Below are positions 19,988 through 30,629 of a stretch of DNA of 64,000 bases, piece after piece; positions within the stretch are counted from its first letter, which is position 1; each line of letters begins with the position of its first letter. The position numbers were made by a program, and so were the translations under genes. The notes under the pieces are model-generated. The model was not told the origin of the DNA and made no database searches. It saw only the letters and a program-made list of their open reading frames with translations. The stretch covers positions 1-64,000 of the IMG/VR virus record IMGVR_UViG_3300029305_001452. One strand, written 5' to 3'. The stretch comes from a virus. Taxonomy: Duplodnaviria > Caudoviricetes.

Positions 19988-20203
19988 TTACTGAACTTCT
20001 TCTGCAGACTTAGTTTCTGCAATTTCCTTGTTAATGCGAGCTAGTTCTTTTTGGAATAGTTCATCGTTCTTAAAAACCAGAACTGTCTTATCGGCATTGG
20101 CTCTATCTGGCTTTACATCAATAACCTGACATCCAGCCTTTAGTAGCGCACGACCAACACCCATATTAAAAATTAACTTTGCTTCCTTTTTCATATTTTC
20201 CAT
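19988..20203 (-). CDS. DUF5659-like small protein
   Basis: IF....RALLK.G...IDVKP....DKTVLVF. Confidence 0.6.
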   Translation of the reverse strand: MENMKKEAKLIFNMGVGRALLKAGCQVIDVKPDRANADKTVLVFKNDELFQKELARINKEIAETKSAEEVQ

Positions 20204-20279
20204 AATTCATTTGTCCTTTCGGTTTTAGTATTTTATAAATTAATTTTGTATTGTAAACTTGTTTCTCTCATATAAGAGA

Positions 20280-21494
20280 TTAAAGTTTAATATTATAAGT
20301 ACATAACTTACCATCTTCTGGAGCAAAAATACATAATGTTTGCATTGGGTTAGAATATAATCTCTTGTTATTTGCATATTCATCAGTTCCACATAATGAA
20401 CCTACTAGTGCGGATTCAATGCCAAACTGTTCAAACGCTTCTAAATGATGCTTGTCTCCAGAGAATGTATAGTCAATTGTCTTTCCATACTTCTTAGAGA
20501 ATAAGCTATTAATTGTAACACCAATATCTCTAAACTTATCTAAGTCTCCATGAGTGCAAACTATGTTATAACCACAAACATTAAAATAAATAAATTCATA
20601 GAATTCACTATCAATAATATTTACCTTATTATTCTTTGATAATCTTTGCTTTAACCACCAAGGTATTACACGCTCCATATTATCAGCGTGAATGCTATCA
20701 TCCTTATGTTGGATTGTTCTTGCATGATTACCATATGTGGAATACACATTAACGTAATCAGCATATATGGATAATGCATTAATAAAATTAGCAAGAATTT
20801 CAGACACATGCATTAATTGATCGCAAGTATTTTCTTCTGCGGCAACTCTAGATCCAGTATGTATAGCTCCATTAACAAAGTCACCTAATAATACAATATG
20901 TAAGGTTTTAATCTCGTGTTCTTGTAAAGCATTTGCAACTTTATCAAAAAGATTTGTGACTCTTTCTTTACAAATTTGTGTATTATATGAGTTCCAAATA
21001 TTATTAGTAACTTGTCCGTAATGCCAGTCGCTTAGACATAACACAGCTTCCTCGTCAGTTGCGGCGTCCTTAAATGTAAACATATTAGAATAATCCTGAA
21101 GAGGGACTAAATTAGCAGCTTCAATTAGTCTTTCTGTTAAATGGTCCGCTCTTGCATCACTAACAAGAATTTTATTATATTCACGCCTCTGATCAAACAG
21201 TTGTCTCTTAGCCTTGTAAAGCTCGTCTGTCTGTTCTTTAATTGTTGCGGCATGTTCGTCAGTAAACTTTTCCTGACTAAATACATCATCCCATGCCTGT
21301 TGCATAACTCTATAACGTTTTCTCCAAGCACTAGAACCACGAAAATCTTCTTCACTAATACCGCACTGTGTATTAAGTGTTGGTGTAAGTTCTTCCCATG
21401 TGCTATCAATTAAACCAGAGTCTTTTGCCTGACCCACACGCCAAATATACTGTGACTCATTTTCATTTGGTAATCTCTGTAGTATTTGTTCCAT
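20280..21494 (-). CDS. Calcineurin-like metallophosphoesterase
   Basis: LSDWHYG, LGDFVNG, GNHAR, HGD, GDKHH motifs. Confidence 0.88.
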   Translation of the reverse strand: MEQILQRLPNENESQYIWRVGQAKDSGLIDSTWEELTPTLNTQCGISEEDFRGSSAWRKRYRVMQQAWDDVFSQEKFTDEHAATIKEQTDELYKAKRQLFDQRREYNKILVSDARADHLTERLIEAANLVPLQDYSNMFTFKDAATDEEAVLCLSDWHYGQVTNNIWNSYNTQICKERVTNLFDKVANALQEHEIKTLHIVLLGDFVNGAIHTGSRVAAEENTCDQLMHVSEILANFINALSIYADYVNVYSTYGNHARTIQHKDDSIHADNMERVIPWWLKQRLSKNNKVNIIDSEFYEFIYFNVCGYNIVCTHGDLDKFRDIGVTINSLFSKKYGKTIDYTFSGDKHHLEAFEQFGIESALVGSLCGTDEYANNKRLYSNPMQTLCIFAPEDGKLCTYNIKL

Positions 21495-21495
21495 A

Positions 21496-21837
21496 TTATT
21501 TATCCTTTCTTGCTTTTCTTTTATAATAATTACTTTTCTTATATAACTTCTGTCTTATAGACTGCTTAAAAACTGCATAAGGAATTACCTTTTCAGGAGT
21601 AACGATTGTTGACCTATCTCTAGGATCAATAGATTCTCCTTTCGGTTTTCTCTTTCCACAAAGCACAACACCGGGTGCCAAGTGTAATTCACTATCTGCA
21701 TCAAACTCTGCTGTATTAAAATGTTCTTCTATAATATTAGCAAGAGCATCAACAACCTCACGCATATTTTTCTTAAAGAAACCTGTTCTTTCAGCAAGCT
21801 CATCTACAAGCTCAGGTTTTTTCATAATTCTTTTCAC
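21496..21837 (-). CDS. HU/IHF-family DNA-binding protein
   Basis: MKKPELVDELAERTG..VVDAL and arm region DPRDRSTIV.PEK..P..VF. Confidence 0.8.
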   Translation of the reverse strand: MKRIMKKPELVDELAERTGFFKKNMREVVDALANIIEEHFNTAEFDADSELHLAPGVVLCGKRKPKGESIDPRDRSTIVTPEKVIPYAVFKQSIRQKLYKKSNYYKRKARKDK

Positions 21838-21863
21838 TATTTTGCACCTCCCGTTTTGCAATT

Positions 21864-22574
21864 TTATTCAACAAGCTCATCTGCAAACTGGCTAACCCAT
21901 CCACGATGATTAACTGTCAATTCGCAAACCTCACAATGTTCATGTCCTCTAAAATGCTCAATATATTTTTTAAATCCACTAGACGTTTTGTCTTCTAAAT
22001 CACACTGTAAATCATGTCCTATACAAATAATTTTACAATCATCAGAACAACGTGTAAGTGTTTTCTTTAAATCTGAAACAGTATAATTTTGACATTCATC
22101 TAATATAATAACCTTTTTCTTTAAATTAGTTCCACGAAGAAAAGTATGTGTTAAAAGAGTCACATACGCTTCTCCGTATTTTTGATTAACCATTGAATCT
22201 GAGTTAATACAACTATTGGTGTTCATGTCACATTCAATCATAGCCTGATATGCTGGCTCAAAATAAACTTCACTTTTTTCCGTAATTGAACCAGGCAAAT
22301 ATCCCTGAGTTTTCTCTCCATATGCAGAACATATATATACAATTCCGTCATATTGATTATGTAAATAAAGAAGATTTGCAGCACCCATTGCTAACGTTGT
22401 TTTTCCGGTACCTGCTTTTGCATTCACAAAAATAATAGTATTATCTGGATTTAGCACGGCATTAACAAACTTCTTTTGATCGTCATCTAAATTTAATTTA
22501 TAAAAAGGACGATTATCAATTGTCTTCGGCGCTTCTCCGTTATCATACACTCTCTGTGTCTTCTTAGATGCCAT
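21864..22574 (-). CDS. phoH: PhoH family ATPase
   Basis: AKAGTGKT, GYLPG, FLRGTN, ILDECQN, LTR, GHDLQCD motifs. Confidence 0.92.
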   Translation of the reverse strand: MASKKTQRVYDNGEAPKTIDNRPFYKLNLDDDQKKFVNAVLNPDNTIIFVNAKAGTGKTTLAMGAANLLYLHNQYDGIVYICSAYGEKTQGYLPGSITEKSEVYFEPAYQAMIECDMNTNSCINSDSMVNQKYGEAYVTLLTHTFLRGTNLKKKVIILDECQNYTVSDLKKTLTRCSDDCKIICIGHDLQCDLEDKTSSGFKKYIEHFRGHEHCEVCELTVNHRGWVSQFADELVE

Positions 22575-22587
22575 TTAAATTTCCCCT

Positions 22588-23214
22588 TTAAAATAAAATA
22601 TCTAAATCATCAACAATTTCATCAACAATACCTAAACTTAACATTTCTTCAGTATAGATATACCAATCTTTCGTTGACATCTTTTTAAAGAGTTTCTGGT
22701 CAATCTTAGTTTTATTTAAAATAAAGTCTCTCATCTTATCAACAAGATACTTATAATTCTTCATTTGTTCAGTAGTTTGCTCAAAAGAACCACCAAGCTG
22801 ACCTGATCCAGAGTGAATTAGACACTCGGTATTAGGCAGTGCATATCTTTTATGTCCTGCCATTAGAATTAATCCGGCAGCAGAGTAGGCCCAACAAGCA
22901 TCAATAGTCCAAATAGGTGTCTTACTAATATTCATTAAGCCAATGAAAGCTAATGTAGAATCTAAATCTCCACCAGGAGAGTTAATAAAAATCTTAATTG
23001 GTTTACGTTCATCAACTGGAATATTTCTATCTTCCATATTGTAACGAAGAATCATCTTAGATAACTCAAACAATCCATCACCAATCTCGCCCTCAATCCA
23101 CAAAACTCTATCTTGCTCGTCTTTGTAATATGTTAGCAAGTCTGGATTAGGTAACTGTAAATTTTCAATTGGTTCTGGAATAGCCAACAACATTTTATTC
23201 ATATCAACATTCAT
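22588..23214 (-). CDS. clpP: ClpP-family protease
   Basis: INSPGG and catalytic S (AYSAA), H (LIH), D (KDWY); LGIVDEI. Confidence 0.9.
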   Translation of the reverse strand: MNVDMNKMLLAIPEPIENLQLPNPDLLTYYKDEQDRVLWIEGEIGDGLFELSKMILRYNMEDRNIPVDERKPIKIFINSPGGDLDSTLAFIGLMNISKTPIWTIDACWAYSAAGLILMAGHKRYALPNTECLIHSGSGQLGGSFEQTTEQMKNYKYLVDKMRDFILNKTKIDQKLFKKMSTKDWYIYTEEMLSLGIVDEIVDDLDILF

Positions 23215-23418
23215 ATTTTTTGTTCCTCACTTTCATGGGTATTTATATAAGTTTTATTTAATAAATAAGAAAAAGGACAGTGCAAAAGCACTATCCTTTA
23301 GTCTCTATCATTATATGAAAATTCAATGTCAAATTTTACAAATCCAAAAAGTCGTTGCGGCTCTAAGCGTTTTCGCATTAATTTTGTATTGTAACTTTTT
23401 AAGGCTGTGCTAACAAAA

Positions 23419-24300
23419 CTAAATATTTGCTCGTTTTTCCCTCATCAAATCTTTCATATAAGACTTTCTATGTTGTATTTGACACTCTTCGCATCTGCAA
23501 GTTTTTGTATTTAGCATACCAACAACAACATCTTCACCGCAATCAACACATTGAATAACCTTGAATTCACTTGTTTCTTCTTTCTGACTGCATTCCTTAC
23601 AATATAATTTCATTGAAGACTTTTTAGTAATCTTAAACAACCTTCCGCAACCTCTACAGCGTTTATATCCACCGTTCTTATAGTTTAGATATGCATATGC
23701 CAGTTCTTTATAATCATCTTCACCAAGTTCTAGAACAGCCTCACTATTATCATCTACGAATCCTACTACCTTTAGATTGGTTCCAACAAGCATATGCTCA
23801 ACAAGTAGTCCTTCCTGATATGCAAAGTGCAAATAACTAGCTCTTTCTTTACACGGTATTGCAACCCTAGACAGTTTAAAGAGATCACTCATAGAAATAT
23901 ACATTCTATTATTATTATCAGAAGACACATTATTATAGTATTTTGCAACTGCCAGAAGAACAAATGCAATTTTTTCTTTCCTAATATCATTCAATCCAAC
24001 TATTTTATCAATTTCAGTCCGAGTGATTTTTACAGGTGATACACTTCTAAATTTATACTTTTTTGCACTAGAGATGTTTCTATAAATGATTTTAAAATAC
24101 TTTTCTTCATAGAAATCAGCACAATTATTAGTCATATAAGTCAAAATTGCATCATAATTGTCTTCTTTTTTCATACCAAGTATATGGTGGTTATATCTTG
24201 CCAAATCTCTAATTGTCTCTTCTGGATTATTTTGGTTAACATATCCGCTCTGAATCTTTTCTTCAATATCTTTTCTGTCATCAAATTTAAAATTAATCAT
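23419..24300 (-). CDS. Hypothetical protein with C-terminal Zn ribbons, coupled to the RNAP gene
   Basis: CRGC..YCKEC..CVDC..RCEEC; overlaps the RNAP stop. Confidence 0.7.
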   Translation of the reverse strand: MINFKFDDRKDIEEKIQSGYVNQNNPEETIRDLARYNHHILGMKKEDNYDAILTYMTNNCADFYEEKYFKIIYRNISSAKKYKFRSVSPVKITRTEIDKIVGLNDIRKEKIAFVLLAVAKYYNNVSSDNNNRMYISMSDLFKLSRVAIPCKERASYLHFAYQEGLLVEHMLVGTNLKVVGFVDDNSEAVLELGEDDYKELAYAYLNYKNGGYKRCRGCGRLFKITKKSSMKLYCKECSQKEETSEFKVIQCVDCGEDVVVGMLNTKTCRCEECQIQHRKSYMKDLMREKRANI

Positions 24301-27300
24301 TCATTTCACCTCCAGCTCTAACACTTTTCATAGTAAATTTAAACCCGCCGTAACTAAATTCTCCATTTACATCTTGTTCGGGATAAGTATAACAACCAGA
24401 CTTTGCAATAAGTTTTTCCACAATCACATCTCCACATAAGTTCCATACAATACTAACATCGATACCATCTTTATAACAAATATCAAGCAGCATTTCACAT
24501 AAAATATATTTATTTTGACAAATTGAGAAACAAGTTTCCTCTAACTCTGCATTAAGTTTAACAATCTGATCAGCAGCGCTCTCTTCTTCATCTTCATGCT
24601 CTACGAATTTTTTCTTGTTAATCTCACGTTTCTTCTGTCTATACGCTTCACACTTAAGCTTTATAAGCTCATAATCCTCTTGTGCATACTCAAGACAACT
24701 TTTATAAATTTCATAGTCGAAATTAACATTTTCAAACATGTCAACACCGTCGAATACATCTTCAACGGCCCAACAAATACGATTCATAGTAGAGGGTGAG
24801 ACATCAAGAGGTAGGCGTTTTTTATAAAAATCCAAGATTTTTTGCTCATTTTCTGGCAAATTACCATCATTTTTAAGTAAATCTCGTATATTTTTACCAG
24901 TTATACTTTGAATATGATCATCTGTATCACGAACAAATGCATCGTATTCTTGCTTTAAAGTGGTGTAGTTATAGCCAAAAAAGTATGGTTTTTTGAATGC
25001 ACATAGCTGTTGATTTAGTGTTTTTTGTTCTATAATTTCAGCAGAATCGTCATTTCTTACTATATTTTCTTTAAAAATATACCAACTTTTAGGCATCGGG
25101 TTGGGTAAAATTCCCTTAGCTTTCCTTTATACCCTCGGTTTCCCGATATTTTAGTAGGGGAGTAGACTATATCTTCAACTCATAACGAGTTGTGTGGCAC
25201 TTCCAAATGAGGAGTTTCACCTCAAATGTACTTCCTTACGGAATAGTCGTTTGACGTTCTTGCTTACGCAAGCTTCGCACTGGATTAACATATGTGTGTT
25301 TATTTTATGGAACTTGTTTCCATCTTTTATAATTGCAAATATCATTAATGCATTGAGGAGTAACGTTATATTTTCTTGAAATTTCAGAATAGTTGAAACC
25401 ATCTCTATGTAATTTTCTAATTTCTACAACATCATCTACACAAAGCTTCTTAGGATTCTTCTCATAATATTTTTGTTGAGCCTGTTGTATGTTTTTACGA
25501 CCATCTTCACTCATTGGTGCATACTTCATTCCAGTATGAGTTTCGGACATCTTTGCTCTTGTCTCATCTGATGCTTTTCTTCCTATGCCGTTAATTCTAT
25601 TTTTCTCACCTATTTTTCTTTTTGTCTCATCGGATAAATGTTTTCCAAGGTTATATCCTTCATCTCCGCCGTCGTGAATATTATAAGCAAGTCCCATATC
25701 TTTATATAATTTAATATAATATTTTTCTCGATCACTTAATTCACCAACGCTGCAATCTTCAATAACTATAAACTCGAAATTTTCTTGTTTATATTTATCC
25801 CATGCACTTTGTAAATGCGGATTATCGTGTTTACCATTGTTTAATAAAGAACGATGCGAATCCCATCTATCTCCAAAATTCATTCCAGTTTTACCAACAT
25901 AAATTTTACCATTAACTAAATTTCTAATACCATAAATACCGATTCTAGAATAAATATTATCTTCACGTTTAACCATATTACTCCTCCTTTCTTAATTAAT
26001 TTTGTATTGTTAACACACACTTAGTTTTTCCCAGTTAGCTAACTCGTTAACACTCATTTCCTAATGCTACTTTACGTCGAGTTAACACCCTATATTTATA
26101 GGTTCACCACATTATTCGATGCATGTCACCATGCAAAGCGACTGTAATTCAATCGATTTCTTCCTGTTGAAGAGCTTGCCCGCACTGAGTTCTATATCTT
26201 AAAATCTCATATTCACGACTTCCTGGCTCATAATTTGACATTAAAGAAGTGATTGCTGTGATTCTGTTAGTTATACTACCAATCTTACTACCAAATCCAT
26301 TCTTATTTGCTTTAATTACATCTGCCTCAGTAACCACTTTCCTCGAAGCATTGTACTGAATGCAGTTTAGTGCAGGCAAATTCTTCTGGTTCTTAAGTAG
26401 TGGAGCGTTGTCAGTAGTGAAGAGTAGATCTCCGTCAAAATCAAAACCATTAAGAGCCATTGGCATTGTATCCCAAGCATTCACAACAGCCACTGTATCC
26501 ATATATTTAAACCAGTATTCTGCTTTATCATCATAGCAGATATCCTGAGAAACCAACGAATGTTCGTTAGACATTGGTGCTCTAGCACACATTACACGCT
26601 TCACACCACAATCTTTCCAGTATTTACTGTAAATTTCGCCAGCTTTTAGTAATCCATGCACCTCTAAACCAAACATACTCTCACATAGAGCATATATGTC
26701 TCCAGAAATAATTTGGAAGTTACCACTTACATCAAGCACACCAATCTTGGCCTCTCTAATACGTTTGTTAATCATTTTCTTAATTCTATTGCGAATATAT
26801 GGGTCATTTATAGTCTCTGAATTAGCCATAAGCGCTCTTGCAGCAGCATCCACATACTGAATATTCTCTGCTTTTAAGTTCTTACCACATAAATACACAA
26901 TACTTTTTCTAGGATCTAAGCCAATAGTATCCTTAATTTCATTCACAGTAGGAGAGATAAGCTCCTGAATATCTTCGTCAGACAAGTTTAAAGACTGTAT
27001 AAACTGGTAATTTAACTGTCTTACGGTATCAACTTCATGCGGTGCGGTCTTAGCAACTCTAATTGTATACTTATTTTCTAGACACTTATTATAATAATCT
27101 TCCCATGAATCATAACAAGCCCAAAGTTTCAACTGGCTCTCAGTAATAATTAGTTCGGAATCTCTAATATCTCTCTGTTGTCCCCAAATATCAGTAATTA
27201 AATACTTTTCAGGGCAATCATCGGAAGCACCAACAACTTCTTCTGCAAACTTTATGTAGTCAAAAGTAAATGTCATACCTTTAGTCCATGCACAACGAAG

Positions 27301-28122
27301 ATTACAACCGCTCATTGTATGCTCATAGTCATCATTGAGCTCACCATTCCATCTTCTGGATAAAGACGGTAACATCATAGAACAACCATCAGAACAATTA
27401 TTTTTAACTAATTGATTTTCTGCAAACTGAACAATTGGCTCTTTAGTTCTATCACTATCATCAATATTAATTAAATCAGCACTAAATTCTGTAAAGGCGT
27501 CTCTAATAACTATAACGCCACCAGGAATTGGTGCATATTTATCCTTCGGCCAACTAACCTCAAGTGAACCACTTGCGGCCAGCGCCTCATATGCACCTAG
27601 CTTCGCAGGCACTAACTTAACCTCGTTATTTTTACCATTCTCAATACGCTTCTTTAATTCAGGATGCAATCTCTCACTAACATACACAACAGTAGATGTC
27701 TTAACGCCGCCAGTTGTACATAATAATCTTAAATACCTAATTCCATTTACATAGAATCCTTGATTCGCACGGTCATAATCAGACTTCTTATCCATTATGA
27801 CACATAGATAATCCTCTTTAAACTGTAGTCTATATAACTGTTTGTACAAATTTGAGATTTTAGTTTTATTACTACGACTCACCGGCTGATTTTTAATCTC
27901 TTTAATCTGACGCTTAATTTCTTTTGCCTGAATATCATAGTCTTCAGTTCCGTTTAGCTCATTAATCCAAGATAGGATCTGAGAATCCGCTAGGGCAACG
28001 ACAAGCCCAGTTGTATTTCTAGCTCTGTTTAGCGGCAAAGTTAAATCCCAATTATTTTTACGCAATAGAGTAGAGTTAATCTTAAATACATATTGTTGTA
28101 ATTTCTTTTGCTTCGCCAACAA
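24293..28122 (-). CDS. yonO: YonO-type single-subunit double-psi-barrel RNA polymerase, spliced join(28122..26152,25123..24293), 933 aa
   Basis: SDGCS, K-x-M (TKGMT), RAP and catalytic NGFDFDGD; intron removal restores QQEEID-KAKG. Confidence 0.9.
25124..26151 (-). mobile_element. Group I intron (1028 nt) with embedded GIY-YIG endonuclease
   Basis: Exon ends in U and intron ends in G; P1 CGAU/GUCG with U-G pair; P AACUGGGAAA, Q AAUCCAGUG, R CAAACGACUA, S GAAGAUAUAGUC. Confidence 0.92.
25305..25976 (-). CDS. GIY-YIG homing endonuclease with NUMOD3 repeats and C-terminal HTH
   Basis: GIYGIRNLVNGKIYVG, R..H, RE.YYI, YN; HLSDETKRKI and ASDETRAKMS repeats. Confidence 0.93.
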   Translation of the reverse strand: MVKREDNIYSRIGIYGIRNLVNGKIYVGKTGMNFGDRWDSHRSLLNNGKHDNPHLQSAWDKYKQENFEFIVIEDCSVGELSDREKYYIKLYKDMGLAYNIHDGGDEGYNLGKHLSDETKRKIGEKNRINGIGRKASDETRAKMSETHTGMKYAPMSEDGRKNIQQAQQKYYEKNPKKLCVDDVVEIRKLHRDGFNYSEISRKYNVTPQCINDICNYKRWKQVP

Positions 28123-28142
28123 ACATCACCGCCTTTTATTAT

Positions 28143-28307
28143 TTATTCTTCTTGTTTCTTCTTTTCTGGTTTATAAATCTTACCGTCTTGATAAAATTTA
28201 TAACCATTTGTCTTCATATCCTTCATAATCTCAGAAGGGTAGAGACAGGACTCGTCTGCACATATACAAATTACTTCGCCGTCTCTACGAATTTCAATTG
28301 GAATCAT
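28143..28307 (-). CDS. Hypothetical protein
   Basis: Coupled small ORF upstream of RNAP. Confidence 0.55.
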   Translation of the reverse strand: MIPIEIRRDGEVICICADESCLYPSEIMKDMKTNGYKFYQDGKIYKPEKKKQEE

Positions 28308-28564
28308 AGCCTTACACCTGCATTCCACGCTTCTGCAACAGTTTTATAATCATTACTTGCATAACTCCATGTTATATTCGGTGAAAAAGTAATACTTGAA
28401 CCATGTAATGGATATACAACATCTGCATCATACTTTAATGTCAGTCCGCATTTCATGCACTGAATTTCCACATATTCACCATCTCGTGCGAAACGACATT
28501 CTCTCATTGTTGGAACACCACCACATATAGGACACGGATTAAATTCCTTACTCTTATCAATCAT
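28304..28564 (-). CDS. Lar-like restriction alleviation Zn-ribbon protein
   Basis: PCPICGG..IQCMKCG..AEAWN. Confidence 0.65.
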   Translation of the reverse strand: MIDKSKEFNPCPICGGVPTMRECRFARDGEYVEIQCMKCGLTLKYDADVVYPLHGSSITFSPNITWSYASNDYKTVAEAWNAGVRL

Positions 28565-28730
28565 CTTTTTCTACATCCTTAATCCACTTATTATATGCTT
28601 CAATAAACATTTCTTTTGTTATAATGCAATTATATAGCTCCGGGCTACCCTTAGGAATATATTCCTTAACAGGGACATAAATTCCATCATCATCAATATA
28701 TGGATTTACTCTAGTATAATAACCACTCAT
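28557..28730 (-). CDS. Hypothetical protein
   Basis: RBS and coupling in the small-ORF array. Confidence 0.55.
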   Translation of the reverse strand: MSGYYTRVNPYIDDDGIYVPVKEYIPKGSPELYNCIITKEMFIEAYNKWIKDVEKDD

Positions 28731-28734
28731 AATA

Positions 28735-28956
28735 TCACTCCTTATATGAAAATTCTCTACCACAATTTAAACAATAACAATGAGTTGTTGTAGTATTATG
28801 GTCTGGATTAATATTTACACCGTCCTTATAAATAGGAGGACAATATAAACATGTAGTAGTAGTGTACTTTTCATAATAATAACTATCACCACAATGTGGA
28901 CATTTTCTTGCGTTAAGTTCTTCTACTGGATGATATGCACAATTAATAGAATCCAT
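28735..28956 (-). CDS. Zn-ribbon protein
   Basis: CPHCG..CLNCG. Confidence 0.6.
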   Translation of the reverse strand: MDSINCAYHPVEELNARKCPHCGDSYYYEKYTTTTCLYCPPIYKDGVNINPDHNTTTTHCYCLNCGREFSYKE

Positions 28957-28957
28957 A

Positions 28958-29242
28958 TCACTCACCATCCTCACTCATAAGACTCAAACAATCTTCTAAA
29001 AACTTTCTCATACGTTTGCCATCCTGACAGTAAACACCAGAATAGTAAACAGGCTTAGCCCAAAATGCTCTCCAGGCTCTTTTAAATCTACCCTTGATAC
29101 CCATATAGTCGCCACCACAATAAGCATCTTCGATAGTAAGCTCATAATCAGTGTCGTTATGTTTCCAATCATGTCTTATAAACGTAGCCATTTCTGCACA
29201 GCAGTCACAGCGCATATTTACTTCCTTGCTATTTTCAATCAT
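28958..29242 (-). CDS. Hypothetical protein
   Basis: RBS; coupled ORF. Confidence 0.6.
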   Translation of the reverse strand: MIENSKEVNMRCDCCAEMATFIRHDWKHNDTDYELTIEDAYCGGDYMGIKGRFKRAWRAFWAKPVYYSGVYCQDGKRMRKFLEDCLSLMSEDGE

Positions 29243-29423
29243 CTTCGTCCTCCATAGAACCATCGATAAATACAACATTGTCAAACTCATTTACACCGAT
29301 TGCAACATTAATAGCAACCTCATAATCCAACAAACCATACTTGTCCCAGTCGATCTTTGGAACAACGACAATGCAATTATCGTCAAACTGATTTAGTTTT
29401 TCTTTAAGTTCTTTTACTGTCAT
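29235..29423 (-). CDS. Hypothetical protein (MTVKELKEKL type)
   Basis: Common phage N-terminus; similar to 54113..54343. Confidence 0.6.
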   Translation of the reverse strand: MTVKELKEKLNQFDDNCIVVVPKIDWDKYGLLDYEVAINVAIGVNEFDNVVFIDGSMEDEDD

Positions 29424-29431
29424 AATACACC

Positions 29432-29791
29432 TCAAGTATATTCAACAAATGCAATCATCTTATATTCAGGAATGTGCTTAGGATCCTTGCTAACAACGCC
29501 GATATCCTGTAGGTAACATAGCATAGCAGACACATCACCAAACACATTATTTACATCGGTAATATCAAATTTTGTTGTTCTAAAATCAAACTCATCACCT
29601 GCCGCCAGGATAAAGCCTAGATATAGATAGTCTCCACACATAGGATCGTCGAACAACTGAATACGTCCCTTAACCTGATAACACAACCACTTCTCACCAT
29701 CATCTGTCCAACGCCATTCTTCAAACTTGTCTGTCTTTAAATTGCTCAGGTCATAACCTGCAATAACATAATAATTCTTACTAATGCTCAT
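29432..29791 (-). CDS. Hypothetical protein
   Basis: ORF in a co-oriented array. Confidence 0.6.
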   Translation of the reverse strand: MSISKNYYVIAGYDLSNLKTDKFEEWRWTDDGEKWLCYQVKGRIQLFDDPMCGDYLYLGFILAAGDEFDFRTTKFDITDVNNVFGDVSAMLCYLQDIGVVSKDPKHIPEYKMIAFVEYT

Positions 29792-29796
29792 TTAAA

Positions 29797-30057
29797 TTAC
29801 CCCTTAATCTTAATAACACTATGATGAAAATCTACAATATCAATTTCAATAGATTTTACAATAGAGTCCTTAAAGTCACTAATTCTGTCTGGCGCAACCA
29901 TAGACATTGGATATAATTCTCCATAAATTCCCTTGGCAACCTCAGTCGTACTATCATAATCGTTATAAATTACACGGTTATTAAAAGTTACCTTAACAGG
30001 ATTAAACTCTTCTAACTTATCAATAATCTCATATAGCTTAATATCACTTACTTTCAT
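29797..30057 (-). CDS. Hypothetical protein
   Basis: GGAGG RBS. Confidence 0.6.
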   Translation of the reverse strand: MKVSDIKLYEIIDKLEEFNPVKVTFNNRVIYNDYDSTTEVAKGIYGELYPMSMVAPDRISDFKDSIVKSIEIDIVDFHHSVIKIKG

Positions 30058-30241
30058 TTTGTACCTCCATTAATTCTGTATTGTTATAAAAAGTATATAG
30101 TTTTTGCAACCAATTATTATACGGGCTTGCCGTAGATATATAAACCTTTGTAGTTGGGTAGTCCTTGTTAAGTTTTACTTTGAGTGATTGCAAAAATTCC
30201 TCTACAACTTGGTTTGGACGATAGATGTCAAGATCAATCAT
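30044..30241 (-). CDS. Hypothetical protein
   Basis: GGAGG RBS before MIDLD. Confidence 0.5.
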   Translation of the reverse strand: MIDLDIYRPNQVVEEFLQSLKVKLNKDYPTTKVYISTASPYNNWLQKLYTFYNNTELMEVQNESK

Positions 30242-30428
30242 CTTTTTCCTCCCATGGTTCACTTTTTTCTGTCCAGTTGCAGCATTCAGGGCATTCAGTT
30301 CTATACCACAATACAATACCTTGAGCTGTTGTCATATTATATTCAGTGGTGTCAGCAACAAATTCACATCCACAATTTAAACATGTAAATTTTCTTGGTT
30401 TCATATTACCATGCTTAAGAATCTTCAT
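30234..30428 (-). CDS. Zn-ribbon protein
   Basis: MKILKHG..FTCLNCGCEF..CPEC. Confidence 0.65.
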   Translation of the reverse strand: MKILKHGNMKPRKFTCLNCGCEFVADTTEYNMTTAQGIVLWYRTECPECCNWTEKSEPWEEKDD

Positions 30429-30627
30429 TGCACACCTCCAATGTTGGTAGTATATTATGTGTTCCAATTTCTATAACCTTATCTATAATTTCTTGTATTT
30501 CCCCTTGTGACATTCTGGACCAATCATCAAGAATATTTAAATTTAAACGGTGTCCGTGTGGTACTATAAACTCATGCGAGTCATCACCTTCGATCCAAGT
30601 ATCACCATTTTCTTTTTTCAGTATCAT
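30415..30627 (-). CDS. Hypothetical protein
   Basis: GGAGG RBS. Confidence 0.55.
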   Translation of the reverse strand: MILKKENGDTWIEGDDSHEFIVPHGHRLNLNILDDWSRMSQGEIQEIIDKVIEIGTHNILPTLEVCNEDS

Positions 30628-30629
30628 TG

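Noticed and set aside
24293-28122. RNAP as a pseudogene, two separate genes, or TGA read-through/recoding
   Set aside because: The stop lies in the first bases of a recognisable group I intron; other long genes are intact under the standard code
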